A stretch of 64,000 bases of DNA from Octopus vulgaris (lineage: Eukaryota), in the NCBI GenBank assembly GCA_951406725.2, contig OX597824.1:66154001-66218000 (forward strand). Direction: 5' to 3'. The notes under the pieces were generated by a model. That model was given only the letters and a program-made list of their open reading frames with translations, was not told the origin of the DNA and searched no databases. The translations under genes were made by a program, and so were the position numbers. Each line of letters opens with the position of its first letter. Positions within the stretch are counted from its first letter, which is position 1. Below are positions 1-13,560 of the stretch, piece after piece.

Positions 1-343
1 TCATTTTCATCGTAAACTTAATTTTTTTTCTATTTTTGCTTTATATTTTTACACTCTTTCAGTAATGCATTTTTGCCTGTATGATTCTGTGTAGTATTTG
101 TTTGTTTCCTCCCTGCCTCATAATCTTAATAATGATGTGTATTTTCATTTACACACACAATGAACATACACACATAAATATATACATATATATATAGCAA
201 TGTTCAAAGCCTCACAGTGACCAGTAGTTTCATCCCGAGTGGGAACAAATGATCTTTTATCAACTCTTCTCCATCTTATAGGTAGTGGCACTATGTAAAA
301 CTTAAATATTAGACACGCACACACCCTTACAGACATATATGAA

Positions 344-379
<36 letters not shown>

Positions 380-1031
380 TATGTATATACATACACAAAC
401 ACACCCTTACAGATATATATATACATATATATGCACATATCTCTGTACATACGCACAAATACATATACTTGCAAATACATATACATGCATGCACATACAT
501 ATGCATATATATGCACACACACACGTATTCACACATATATAGATATATAAATATATATATACTTATGCACACACATGCATATATATAATATAGATCTATA
601 TTTAATATATGTATGCATATGAGTTTTATGATGAATTTCAAAAAGAAAGTAGTGTTTTGAAGGAGTTTCTTTTGGTCAAATGACTTAGGCTGTGAGGAAA
701 GAATCAAAGCTAGTGGCAGTGGTGCCAGTGGAGGAAGGAGAGAACTAGATCATAAGCTAATGGCAAAATAAGCAAGCTGTGTGAGTGACAACAGTTGAAA
801 GAAAAATGTGTTTAGCATACAAGAAAATCTGACAAAATTGCAAGACAATAGCAAAAGGGAGAGATAGGATAGAGAGAGCGAGGAAAAAAAAAAAAAAAGT
901 GTGGGTGGGAGCATTAATGCTCTGTCAAATGCTCTTCCAAGTGGTACTACCAAAAGTCCCCGGCAAATTTAGTTTAAATTATCCTAACTCATGATGCACT
1001 TCTAACACAAGGAATATCTATGCATATATAC

Positions 1032-1064
<33 letters not shown>

Positions 1065-1163
1065 TCATATGTTCTTATACATATTATACAGATCAAGTGT
1101 GTATGTTTTGGGATGAATCCTAAAATTTCTGACAACTGAGGCATTTAATCAGACTGAGAACAA

Positions 1164-1199
<36 letters not shown>

Positions 1200-3318
1200 T
1201 CTGTGATTTTGGCAAGCCTGATAATTCTTATTTTCTTAAGAACTATTGATTATTAAAGTTGGTAGAATTTAATGCAACTACCTAACTTGCTATGTAAGTT
1301 TTACATTTCACATTTGCATTATCATTAATAATGTTAAAAAAAAAAAAACATTAGCAACAGCCATAATAATATTAGAGATCCTTCCAGTTCGTTTGTGTAC
1401 CACAATGTATAAATTTTATATAGCAAGTTGATCGACTTTGTAAGGAAATTAGTTTTAAGAAATAATAGTTTTAATAAAATACCAAGCTATTTCAGCTGCA
1501 AACCTAGCTACAAATCAGTTTAGAATTTAATAAACTAAACTACTGCTGAGGTTGTTAATAATAATAATAATGATAATAATAGTAATAATAATAATAATGG
1601 TTTTTGAATTGACAGTATTAGTAGAACATTAGTGGTTTTAATCCTAGAACTTGGTTATTAAAAGCTAGACATAATTTAGGGTCCCCATGACAGTACAGAG
1701 TGCAGTGCTGAAGTAGTAAATATATTTTGAGAATAAGCATGAAAAATGGCTGCCGTCTGGAAGCATTTGGTTTTTTTTTTCTACAAAAGTGAACAGGGAT
1801 ATGAGCTGCTTTCTACTATGGAATGGCAGGACAGGCAATAATACAAAGTGGGGTCAAGATTTTAAAGAATGATTTGCAGACTGCTTTTCCTCATTATAAA
1901 GTTTTCAGATATGGATAAGTTTGTATGCTACAAAAACCCACAAGTGCTAAAGTTTCAGGCATGGCGATTTTAAGGAGAAAACAAAAATAAATTAGAGTGC
2001 TTTTGATAGTGCTAGATAGGCTTGAAGACAATATGTTTCTCTGAAGAAGGGCTCTACCTGAAACCTCAGAACATGTTTCCTCACAGCATACAAATATATT
2101 CAGATTTGTAAACCCTATTAACAGTTTTTTTTCTTTTTCTTTTTTCTGACAGACCACCACTGCTTTACACCGACTGATTTCTATTATTATGTGCCTGCTA
2201 TCTTCACAAAGATCTAATATAATATGCAGACAAGAGGTCTTGTTGTTCAGCTCTAAGTCAGCCCTGACTTTTGATCAAAGGCATTCCATCCATGACTATC
2301 CTGTCTGTCCTATATTCCTATGTGTAGAGAACCCACTACCACATAAACTAAAATGTTCTCTTCTCAGACAACAGGGTATGAAGTGAGGGACATTTGCTAT
2401 TTCTAGCAGATTGAGTGACCACATGAAGTCACTATTGTTTGTATAAAGAAGTTTTGTTGTTCATGGCTGTTCTTATCTCTCAATTTTCTGGTAAAGTTCT
2501 TATGACACAGAAAGCAGTCCCTTTTATTTTAAGACCTTAGCCCTTTATTACTCTAAAGCTTTGTTTTTATCTATAGTTATGAATTCTTCATAATAAAAAG
2601 CAAACCTGCCATTTTGCATATACCAATGAGGTTTTAATGAGTACACAACAGTAGTGATGTTGATAGCAATGGTGTACAGAGCATTTTGTAAGGAACATTA
2701 TGATTAATCTATTGATCCACTTTGAGTGCAGGGACAAACTGAAATATTATAAATATAAACCAAGCAACTTTAATCTATCCATTAACTATTGCTAGAATTA
2801 TATTTAAATAGCTTTTCCTAAAATTTTTACTTAAATAGAATGACTAAATATTGTATGATTTTTACTTTAAACCTTTGCCAGTCCAAAGCATTTTCATAAG
2901 TTTGTTCTAAACATCCATGCTTGTTTCGTACATTCTGGGTAACACAAGCTTCTCCAAATTACTCTGGTGGCTGAGAAAAATTGGGAATGTGTACCATATA
3001 TGATGCATAGATAAATGCCAGGGGAATATGTCCTGTGTTAAGCACTGATTTTATGCAATGTTCTGGCCCCAATTTTCAATACACAAAGCCTATTTAGCAG
3101 TGATTCTGAGTTAAAAAAGAAAAGAAAAAAAATGTGAAGTAAAAACAAGGTAGGAAAAGCATTTCTGGTTGGTGTGGATAGGTAGGCAGAGGATTAGTAT
3201 CAATTTCCCAATCTCCAGTAAATTTACAGAACTAATTTGATAAGGTCTGCAGACGACAACCATTTTACAGACTTTGCTGCTAGATGTTACTCAAGACTGC
3301 TCAATTGTAGCTACTGAC

Positions 3319-3537
3319 CACTTGTTCAACTTGGCCTGTACTATTGCGTCTATCTTCCAGCTTATGCTGCTTTTTCTGCCTTTCCCGGTACGAAAAACTC
3401 CTTTCACGCTGAAAGGCATTCGCTTTGTGCTGGGGGGATGGCTTCTGGTTGGGAAACAGCTCTGATCGCTGATCGCGGGCATTGCCATCATGATATGAGG
3501 GCGATGAATGGATGTCTAGCTCCTGGTCAGCCTGCTC
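3319..3537 (-). CDS. PACS: PACS-family protein, internal exon (EQADQELDIHSSPSY...QRERSFSYRERQKKQHKLEDRRNSTGQVEQV), phase 0-0
   Basis: cgtcaatag|GAGCAG...CAAGTG|gtcagt, 219 nt open frame in a locally GC-richer island. RERSFSYRERQ and RRNS resemble PACS2 RGRSTSLKERQ and RANS. An alternative donor 3 nt upstream (CAA|gtggtc) is also in frame. Confidence 0.85.
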
Positions 3538-6059
3538 CTATTGACGTGGACAGATGTAAATAAAGGAGATAGCCTTATATAGCGGTATAAAGTGACAAGT
3601 GAACAAGCTTATGGCGAGTTCAGAATTGCTGAAAAATTAAGGTTGGATATTGGTAAGAGTAAAAAAAGGATGGATATTGGTAAGAGAAAAAAAAAAACAA
3701 TAGGAATATGACCTTGTGCTGAAGGGTATTTAAAATATTTTGTTTAATTTTTTAGACCTAATTTGTAGAGAAATGTGGCAGAGGAGAAAATGAGTATGTA
3801 AAACATGTTTTATAAATGTTGTCATGTAAAATGCAAGTTGAAAATTTGTTTCAAATCATATACATGAAGTTTCATTAATTCGTAAGGTTTCAGACATTTA
3901 TGTAATTATATAATTATATGATATCCATACAAAATTATATAGTTATATGAAATATCAGATGTCCCTTAAGTAATTATTAATATAATGTCAAAAGCCTACC
4001 TTACTTATTGGACATCTAGTGTATAAGCATTTGCACTTACGTGCATGTAATATATATGGGTGTATATGTACAGCTTTATGAAGATATCTATTTAGAATGT
4101 GGGTTATACAAGTAAGTTTCAACAAGTATACACTACATTTTCTCTCCCTTTCATACAAATATATAAACTCATACATACACATTACACATATATGCATGTA
4201 TGCACACATGTAATCACTGATAACACTATAAATAATAATAAAATACACCTATTCTCTGCAAATGAAACTGGTATAGACAAGATGAGGACAGGTTAATATA
4301 TTGATAATGAATACTCATTAAGCCACAGGTTGACTGTTGCAGCTTCCAAGTTAGGTCTGATCAAGAGGTATATAATGAGACTTTCTTGCCATGACCTTCT
4401 TGTCTTTGGAGACAGTATATATGTTATCCAACATTTCCTCCGTTTCTTTAAACGGTGATAGGATATGGTTTAAGAGAGATTTGGCTAATTGCAATTTACA
4501 GTAGGCATAGACAGTGTAGTTATGCCAGTGTAGTTACAGTAGTTATGCCAGCAGACAACAGCACTTATCAGGAGGCCACAAAACTTTGCTCTCCGATGGT
4601 CTTCAATTTTACTTCATTTATTATTTCCTCCTACAACTTATTGTGCTTAATGATCTCCCCCACCCACCATCAGTATGAACGTTGTTTCTTTAGACTAGCT
4701 TCTCTTTAACACTAGGACACTCCATTACTCCTACACATTTCACCCTACTGTTAAGACCCATACTACATACAGACTACTGCTATATTGCTGAATCCAACAC
4801 CTACATATTCCTGACTCCCATCTCACAGTTCACTTTTACATTCATAACTTCCATACAACAGATCGACTTTATATCACAGACTCTACACTTTATTTATAAT
4901 CCCCAAACTACAACAGATTAATGTTTTACAACTACTCCCATCACTACTAGCTCCTACTCCACAGATCATTACCTAAACACACCACTGATTTTCTACTGTC
5001 CTCTGTCACACTCAATGCAGACAACAGGCTTTCCAAGACTCATTTGAATATTATTACTCAACACTATTGTCTCTACAGAGTACATCAGCCCACACCAAGC
5101 AAGATACAACAGCCTCATTTCTGCAGAAAAATTACATCTTAGACCTTACATTCTTCAAACCACTATCTCACTACCAAGATTTCATTTACACTTGCACACT
5201 GATAAATGCACCCATTTCATCAATAATTCGTACTTCACAGAAACATCAATGATGAAGGATAAATGAAAATTCTATAAAAATTAAATGAATGAAATACCAG
5301 AAAAATGAACTGAAAGAATATACTTTAGAACAATTAAGCTCCTGATACTCACTTGGAATATGGTTTTTTATTGCTATGGGCTCTTTTAATGAGACAGAAA
5401 AGGTGGTTATATCAAAATGAATCAATATCTACAAACTCCATAGTAATTATTTTATTAACCATGTAAACTAAACTTGCTTCGTATAAAAGGTAAAATATCC
5501 TTGAATAGACTCTCCACTGTCTTTAACCCTTTTGATTCTGACCTGCCTGAAGCTGCTCCTGCTTTTCTGATTCAATCATCCTTCTTTTAATGTGATCTAA
5601 ATTAAAATTTTCCATCAAAATTTCATGTTGATTTATGTTCCAAAGACTAGCTTGATAATAAAGTTATTTTACTAAATTCTTCATCATTTTCAAAATTAAC
5701 TGAAACAAATGTAGTGCATTCTGACCATCTTATAAAGAAAGTCTCTGCATAGTTACACAACTTACTCATTCTAGCAGTCAACTGTCCTTAAAATACACAC
5801 AATTGCCATTAAAATAGTAGGACAGCATATCCACATACAAAAATGGGATGGCCATAGCTGAGAACACTAACCAAATGTTTCCATTGACCAGCCCTAATGG
5901 GGCAAACTCAACTTAAGTTCACAGAAGCTACCCCAATTCAAGAATAATTGTCAGATAACAAGATCAGAAGGTAAGCAGATCTTTGTAGAATCTGAAACTA
6001 TAAAACATGGTCCAGCTATACAGCACATGAATCAATTCTTACTACTTAAAAATAATAAT

Positions 6060-6245
6060 GGCTTCAAATTTTGGCACAAGGCCAGAAAGTTCAAGGGAGA
6101 GGGTAAGTTGATTACATCAATCCCAGTGTTCAACTATTAATTATTTTATCAACCCCGAAAGATGAAAGGCAAGAATGATCTTGGCAGAATTTGAACTCAG
6201 AACATAAAAATGGTAAAAATGATTCTGCCAGCTTACTGCCTTACA
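6060..6245 (-). mobile_element. SINE of the (TAA)n-flanked family; further copies near 17265-17470, 17705-17860, 52160-53000, 62520-62935 and 62975-63190
   Basis: Recurrent core gagttcaaattc...cctttcatcctttcggggtcgataaaataagtaccag...ccttgtgccaaaatttgaa seen many times in both orientations, flanked by (TAA)n. Confidence 0.75.
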
Positions 6246-6455
6246 AATAATAATAATAATTATCAGAAAGCCAATTTTTTGCAAATGAGGGGTACATTCA
6301 AATCCAGTTTAATACTTATACTCTTGTAAGACAAAGGCCATTAAACCATGGGAAAAATATAACTCACAAAGAAAGAACAAAATTGCTCTAGCTTTTCTGG
6401 CCACATATAATAATAATAATGATTATAATGATAATAATAATAATAATAATAATAA

Positions 6456-6960
6456 TGAAAAGTGAGGGCTAGAGAGAGGCAAGAAGTGGTATGAGCACAA
6501 ACTGCAGAGAGTGGCGGAGTCGGAGACTTGAAAAACCCTCTGGGATTTCCCAATCCAAACAGATCAGATGTTAGAGCATAAGAGACTGGACAAGATGCAC
6601 CATATGTGCTATATAGTTGATGTTGTGTGGCCCTTTGACCCACAAATAGTCAAGAAGGAAGGTGAAAAAATAGATATATACAATGCTCTTAAGTATGAAA
6701 TAGCCCGGCTATGGAAGAGGTGAAGATAGTGCCAATTATTGTTGGATCTTTGGGGATAGTATCAGAAAGCACCAAGAGGAATATAAAGGAATAGTGTGCC
6801 CAGTAGAACTGTTACAAAAGGTTTGCCTCATTGGCATGGCCAGAATAATCAGGAAAGTATTAGATAGTTGAAATGAACAAATAGCATGGTACTGTAGGCT
6901 GCAGGCAGCAAACCCACTATGCATGCAAGACTCCAGGAGTTACAACAAAACCTGAGATAA
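6456..6960 (+). mobile_element. 5'-truncated, decayed R4/Dong-type (RLE) non-LTR retrotransposon, C-terminal endonuclease region, next to a (TAA)n tract
   Basis: From 6481 translates as KKWYEHKLQRVAESET*KTLWDFPIQTDQMLEHKRLD..CYIVDVVWPFDPQIVKKEGEKIDIYNALKYEIARLW / VKIVPIIVGSLGIV..ELLQKVCLIGMARIIRKVLDS*, matching the restriction-like endonuclease tail of R4/Dong elements, with stops and frameshifts. Preceded by (TAA)n at 6408-6455. Confidence 0.85.
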
Positions 6961-9900
6961 AAATAAAAACAAAATAGCAATTTCTTAGATTGAAGTAGGG
7001 TCACAGGTTATAGGAGAGGGGTATAATTTGTTAGATTAGCTCCAGTAAATGACTAAAAGATCTATTTTTACTGTGAGAGAAAACTGAAAGACGTAAAGTT
7101 GATCTGGTATGAAACGAAATATTGAAAAATTGAAATATTGCTGCTTTAGTGTTTCTGCCACACCACCACCAAAAATAATTTCTCTAAGGAGCAGATGGTT
7201 TAGCCAACTGAATCACTATCTTACTGGTATTTATTTCATTTGACCAGGAGAATTAAAATCCTGAGATGTATATGAGAGAGAAGATGGCATGTGGGACATT
7301 GAAGCCTTTCTCAAGATAGTCAGAGACTTTCTTCTGACTTGGAATTGAAACCAGGCCATGAACTTGGTTCACCCGAAACACATTGCTTTATTACAACTAT
7401 AATGATAATCAATGTGTAGCATATAAATATCACATTTGCTGCTCTGCATCTCAGAACGTGCATAACATTTGGAGTACAAAATTTTATATTGTAAATGGGA
7501 AGTAATGTCACGTGATAGCTAAAACAGGAAATATTTTCATCAATTTGTGTTTTTTTAAAGAAATTTAGAAAATTTGTCAGAATAAACATGTTTAAAATGT
7601 GATGTAAGTTAATGACTGCATCTATTATTTTCACCTGAACTATAACATTTTTCACAATCAGGTAGAGTAGAATAAAGAGGCAAAATCCAATTAAAAATCT
7701 GATAATATTTAAAATTTTCTATGAGAAAATTTAACCTAAAACAGTACAATTAAAACAGGATTCATTTTACACATGAACAGATACACTAATATTAATAACA
7801 AGGCCTTAATTCATAACCTTTTTATTCATCAGAAAGAAAACAGCTGCTGACTTTTTACAAGAATCAGATCAGTTTTAGTTAAATATTTTGGACAGAAACT
7901 ACAAATATTTTAAGAGTTTAGATCCTTCTAAATCAGATAAAAATGTTTTAAAATTAAAACAATCATATTACAACACATTGTTTAAAGGTGATAATCAAAT
8001 ATTTTTGTTTTATTTTGTTTTATACTGACAATGTTGTTTCAATGATGGGACTCTGCAGTTACTGATCTTACTCAATGGCATCCTCGTATACTGTTGTTTT
8101 TAAATGTAGTGCTTTAGACATTTTTTTCTTTGGAAACATTAATAAGATGAAATACTATAATCATCAGAGGTTATTGTAGAGAATCTAACAATTGTGTGTC
8201 ACCCACACAGTAAAAAAAAAAAAACCCCAAAAGGTGTTGAAAAAAGAATGATTATGAAGATTAAACTCAACACATCTAACCATTCATATGTATGTAAGTA
8301 TATGTATGTATGAGCATGAATATAGTGTCCAAGTCAATAAAGATATTCATATTGGAGTCTTGCTAAGAAGAGTACCAAATAGAGCAAGGGAGATAAATAT
8401 AGGGATAGACAGAGACATCTGAATGGAGCAGTCTCAATGTGTGTGGTTGGTAGATGGTGGATGCAATATAATAGACATAATAAGCGTGATATATGACCTG
8501 CTTCAGCTTTTGAGTAGCACAACTACATTGTGGGGGACTGGTGGTGGCAGCAGATAGTTTTTATTGTAGGGACTGCATAGAGGGTGGAGGTGTTCAGAAA
8601 GCATGGTGCAATATGATGGTCAGTAACAAAAAAAAAAAAAAAAAAAAAAAAAACCCCAGCACAAATCTACTAATGAAATGCTCACACACACAAATGTTGC
8701 CATATATTATTCCACACGCACACACTAATATTTTAAATTTTGAACACAAACAAGACTAATGCAATAGTAATAATGTAAAACAAAGTAGAATGAAATGGGA
8801 AAAAACAAAGATTTTTAGTCAACAAAAGGAAAAGTATTTTCTTTCAGTTTTTTTTTTTTTTTTAAATATTTTTTGTCACTTTTTCAGAATCTATAGAAAA
8901 AAAAACCCATCAACAATTTTTACATAAATCTCACCTGGTAATAGTAAAAAGAAGAGAATTTAAACCAACTTTGTTATCCAAAAAATGAATATCTTATGGA
9001 AGAAAGACTAGAAGGATACTAAACTTAAATTTTGAATTTTTCTTTTTCTTTTCTTTTGGATTTTAAACAACCAAAAATAAAACAGAACATATAAAATATT
9101 TTGATTTGTAGAGTACTGATTTGAAATAGGCAAGATTATATGTTGGTTAAATGAGAATCCACTCTGGCAAACATACAAGAAAAAAATTGTCAATTGAATA
9201 ATATTGAGAGCATGGAATAAAAAAGACAAAATAAAAGAACTAAATGAGTAAATGTTGGAGATGAGTCATTTATTAATGATACAATTTTTCAGACTTAAAT
9301 CTTAACTTTAAAAATGAAATTTATATTTAATATGTATATCTCTACTATGATTCAATAAATTTGATCTTTGATCATCTTCAGGCAACTTATTTCTAAATGT
9401 CTACATAATACTAAACAAAATTTGAACTAGGAACCTTTATAAACTATATGCAACAAAGTCGCAATGGATAAAAACAGTATCCTTAGTTTAGTAATAAAGG
9501 TTACAAGTTTGAATCTAGTCTAGTATACCTAGAAGTAAGAAACCTGATGAATATCATAGATTAAACTTACTGAAACAGTGCAGATGTAAATATTAAAAAT
9601 CTCATCTTTAAAAATGAAGTAAATAGCTCTCAAAATTATAATCTTATTGAAAATAAAATGTTATTCTGACAGAATAAAACACAGTCTGAGATGTAGTTCA
9701 GGCAGAAAAGGTAAAAACATGCAAAAATATTTTTTTTTAAGAATATTAAGAGAGAAGAATATTAAATTAAACAACAAAAACCAAAAGGATTAATTTCATT
9801 CAACTTGCCAGTAAATTGCTCAAGATAATGAATTGTACACAAAGATCTGTTTTTAAACAAAAAGATGCAACTGGAATATCAAGAGATGAAAATTTTGGTT

Positions 9901-11875
9901 AGGTAATGAGGCAAGGGGTGGGATATGACAGAAGACATTCTTCTAAATGAAAGACACTGAAAGAAAATAGATTATCTGTATAATAGAGAAGCTGTAAATA
10001 ATTTAACCCATGGCCCATCCAACTAATACCAACAGGGATGGAAAAAAATTCCAGAAATTAAAACAACAATCATGATAATAATGAAAAAAAATCAATTAGT
10101 ATGCATATGTTTGAGCTATTATAATTATTTTTGATGGGGTGAGTGTTTTAGGAGCTTAAAAGTAACAGGTTTATATTGATGAATTGAAATAGTGATGTAC
10201 AAAATTCCTTTAATTTTGACTGCTTTAGAAATTATTACCAAATATAAAACATGATACAGCATTTTGAATTGAGGCCATGAAGTGTTACATTGTAGTTCCA
10301 TGAGTTCAAATAAAGACAAGGACATCTGTTGAGCAACACAACTTACTTGAGCCATTCTTTAAATTTCACAATATGACAGATGTTGAAAAAGGATATACAA
10401 CTGTACAATGGAAAGAGACTTCGCAAATCTATATTGACACCAAACACATCTATTCCCTTATTCTATGAAGATCTAATAGCTAATCATAATTTAACCTTTT
10501 TCAGGTTTCTGAAATTTAGACTGGTTTATCTCAATCATAATTATTCCAAATGTCATTATTTGACATTGTGGGAAGAACACTCACCTTAGATATTAGGTCT
10601 ACAGTGTACCATGGAGGACTTAAGTTAATGAGTGGGCCTCTATGAAGACACTACTTATTAGAAATAAGAGTCAAATCATCAATTAAGGACAAGTAGAATA
10701 ATGTATACATGTATGAAGAGTAGGATTTTTATCACTGCAATGGCTTTGATTGTATGTCTGATTGGTCAGAGAGCTCAACTTCAATTGAGCCTTCAAATAT
10801 GTATAGCCATAAGTCTCTTAATAATAGAATTGATTTACTGCAGAACATCTTGTTATATTCCTTTCACAGCTACTTTAGGAAAATAAGGCACCATATTGCT
10901 GTTAGGTTGATTAATTTTTATCAAAGAAGCTCTGCTGTGATCCACACATCGAAACACGTGGTAATAATCAACATGACTAAACACTTGACAATGATCCATA
11001 CATCTAAAGCTAGGGCAATGATCTACACTACTGAATGTAATGAAAGAGACATAACAAAAGAACTGTATTCAGTAAAGAAGTTTGAAAATGTGAAACGAAT
11101 GTTAGACAATCATTGAAAACTTACAAGTAGCACAAATTTTCAAGGAAATGGACAATATTTATGGTAGTAGGTCCAATGACGGTGAAAATCTGTGTAACAT
11201 CAAATATTGTAACATCAAAAATCATTTGATTCCAATACCACCAACAGATTAACAAAGTGGTATAATAAAGACCATTAGGTACCAATTGCTTGCAGACTAT
11301 CCAACAGTTAACTCTAGGCTCTTTGGTCTCTGTACTATATATGAAGATCATCCATTCATAATTTGTACACCATCTGCTATCACTAAACTGTAGATAATCA
11401 AATAGTAATCAAACAGTAATATTGATTATAAATAACACCTATAGATTAATCAATAATGATTGACAGAATGCATAATATTGATAACATTTGTGGAACATTC
11501 AGATGCTAATAAGAAAAAAAAAAAATTAAATGGAGGAATTATAAAGTAGAATAACATTTATTAAGCAAAAATATATTTAGTAAGAAATGAGAAATGAAAG
11601 AATACACCAATAGAAAATGTTGCCAGAGTGTATCTGAAAAACAAATGAATAGTCAGTCTGTTTCAAAGAAAGTATATCACCACATTCTAATCTAATATAG
11701 TGTTTACTACTACAGACTAAATTAATTGGAGCCCGTTAATTGAAGTACAACATGTAAGACAAATGAGGGAAAACAGACTGGAACTGGTTTCTAATTCTAC
11801 AGAGAACATCGAGAACACTTTGAAGTTGTGACACTAATCAATTCCTTTAGAGATACACACACAAGATATATATAT

Positions 11876-12236
11876 AAATGAAGTATGAGGAAAGGAAAAA
11901 TTGTAAGTGTAGAAGAACTTTAATTCAATTCATAATCCAAGTTGGTACAGAACCAATAAACATTCTACAAATTCTTTTGGAGTCTAATTAATTCCAACGA
12001 CAAAAACAAAAAACTCTTCATGAAACAAAAATTAGATTCCTCCTCAGGAATTAAATACTGGTAGGAATAGTTACGACCAACAAAATATACAAAGACCTTT
12101 CCTAGCCCAGATGTCTGGAATTAATTAGACTCTGAAACAATTTGTAGAATGTAAATTGGTTCTGTACCAACTTGGATTATGAATTGAATTAAAGTTCATC
12201 TACACTTACAATTTTTCCTTTCCTTATACTTCATTT
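11876..12236. repeat. Fold-back element: about 120-bp inverted arms (11876-11996 / 12116-12236) with about 119-bp spacer, next to (TA)n
   Basis: aaatgaagtatgaggaaaggaaaaattgtaagtgtag...aattcca is the near-perfect reverse complement of tggaattaattagac...cttatacttcattt. Confidence 0.92.
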
Positions 12237-12352
12237 ACTGTTTTTGCAAATACTGAATATATATTTCTAAATATTCTTTACTTAGACTGTACCGGCAAAC
12301 TTGTTTGTTTGACATCCCTTTGAAGAATTTCAGTCTTCACCTCATTTTTATT

Positions 12353-12396
<44 letters not shown>

Positions 12397-13028
12397 GATA
12401 ATTAAAATAATGAACTAATGACAGTAGCAAGAAACCTGAACAAAGAGCTTTGCATCAAAGGAAGCTTTCTACCTGAAAGTGACAGAAGTTACCTCTCTTC
12501 AAGACGAGACAATTTATTGCAGAAGATAGCATGTCTTAAATGTATGTCATATTATAAGTTTGGCAAGTTTATGCAGAACATATTATATACATGCATAGAG
12601 ATACAACATTGGGCCAGTTGAAAATCACAGCAAAAACAAACGCTCATTCCCAACAGATCACCATTCAGACCCCTTTATCACCCACCCCCACAGCACCAAA
12701 AATTCCTATTTCAGAGTTAACTGAAATACTTCACAAAATCTCATCTCTTGAGTGTTATTTCTTAGCTTGTGGAATGAAGTTGGTATTGTCTCTGAGTTAA
12801 TATATGTATACACTCACTCTCACAAAACCAGGACTTTACAACATCACTGTTTGGGGGTTTCCAATTTTTTATCACATTCTTCAAAGTGCCTTGAAGAATA
12901 AGTTCAAAATCAAAAACTCAGAATAGTAACCATTTTAAAACCTTAGCTTTGAATAAGCAATTAAAACTTACCATGTGTATGGAGCGATTATTTTTTTTAC
13001 TGTTGTTTGCATATTCAAATGCATGTGC

Positions 13029-13079
<51 letters not shown>

Positions 13080-13516
13080 CATGCACAAATGGGAATGATT
13101 AGAGTATAGGTGAGTATTACTGTATGTGTATCTGCATGTATGTGTAAATATGTATAGGTATAGAGAACAGAAGAGGAGTCATATAATTAGGTACAATTTT
13201 AACTTAAATGAGACAATCAAAAGATTGTAATTAAAAAAAATATGAATATAAAATATATGTAAATCAAAAAACAAACAAAATGTAACAGTAATGCAACAAA
13301 AACAACAAATAAATAAAAACAAATATTTGAAAACAAAAAACAAACAAACAAGATATTGAATGGAAAATAATCCAAGCATTTATCTGCATGCTGAAGACAG
13401 AGAGATATAATGGCAGATATACAAGAACAAGAGAGACAGAATTACAGAGAGGAGTGAATATAAGTGGGGAGAGAGAGAGAGAAAGAAAAGAGATATCTAA
13501 AGAAAGGATAATAGAA

Positions 13517-13560
<44 letters not shown>

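Noticed and set aside
200-270. Minus-strand GAAA-CUACUG-GUC with an upstream UCCC/GGGA hairpin, a possible hammerhead
   Set aside because: The CUGANGA strand is too degenerate (UUGAUAA) and helix I does not register. At most a dead remnant.
600-700. Possible next PACS exon after tttcctcacag (PKSFDQKKLLQN...)
   Set aside because: No suitable donor before the frame runs into microsatellite, and no clear match to the expected PRK..DQL start of the C-terminal domain.
9540-9590. CTGATGA...GAAAC pair
   Set aside because: No convincing helix II, no UH after helix III and no helix I. Likely chance or too decayed.
10250-11450. Possible decayed LINE and ORFs 10380..10589 and 10754..11116
   Set aside because: I could not read any diagnostic RT or endonuclease motif with confidence.
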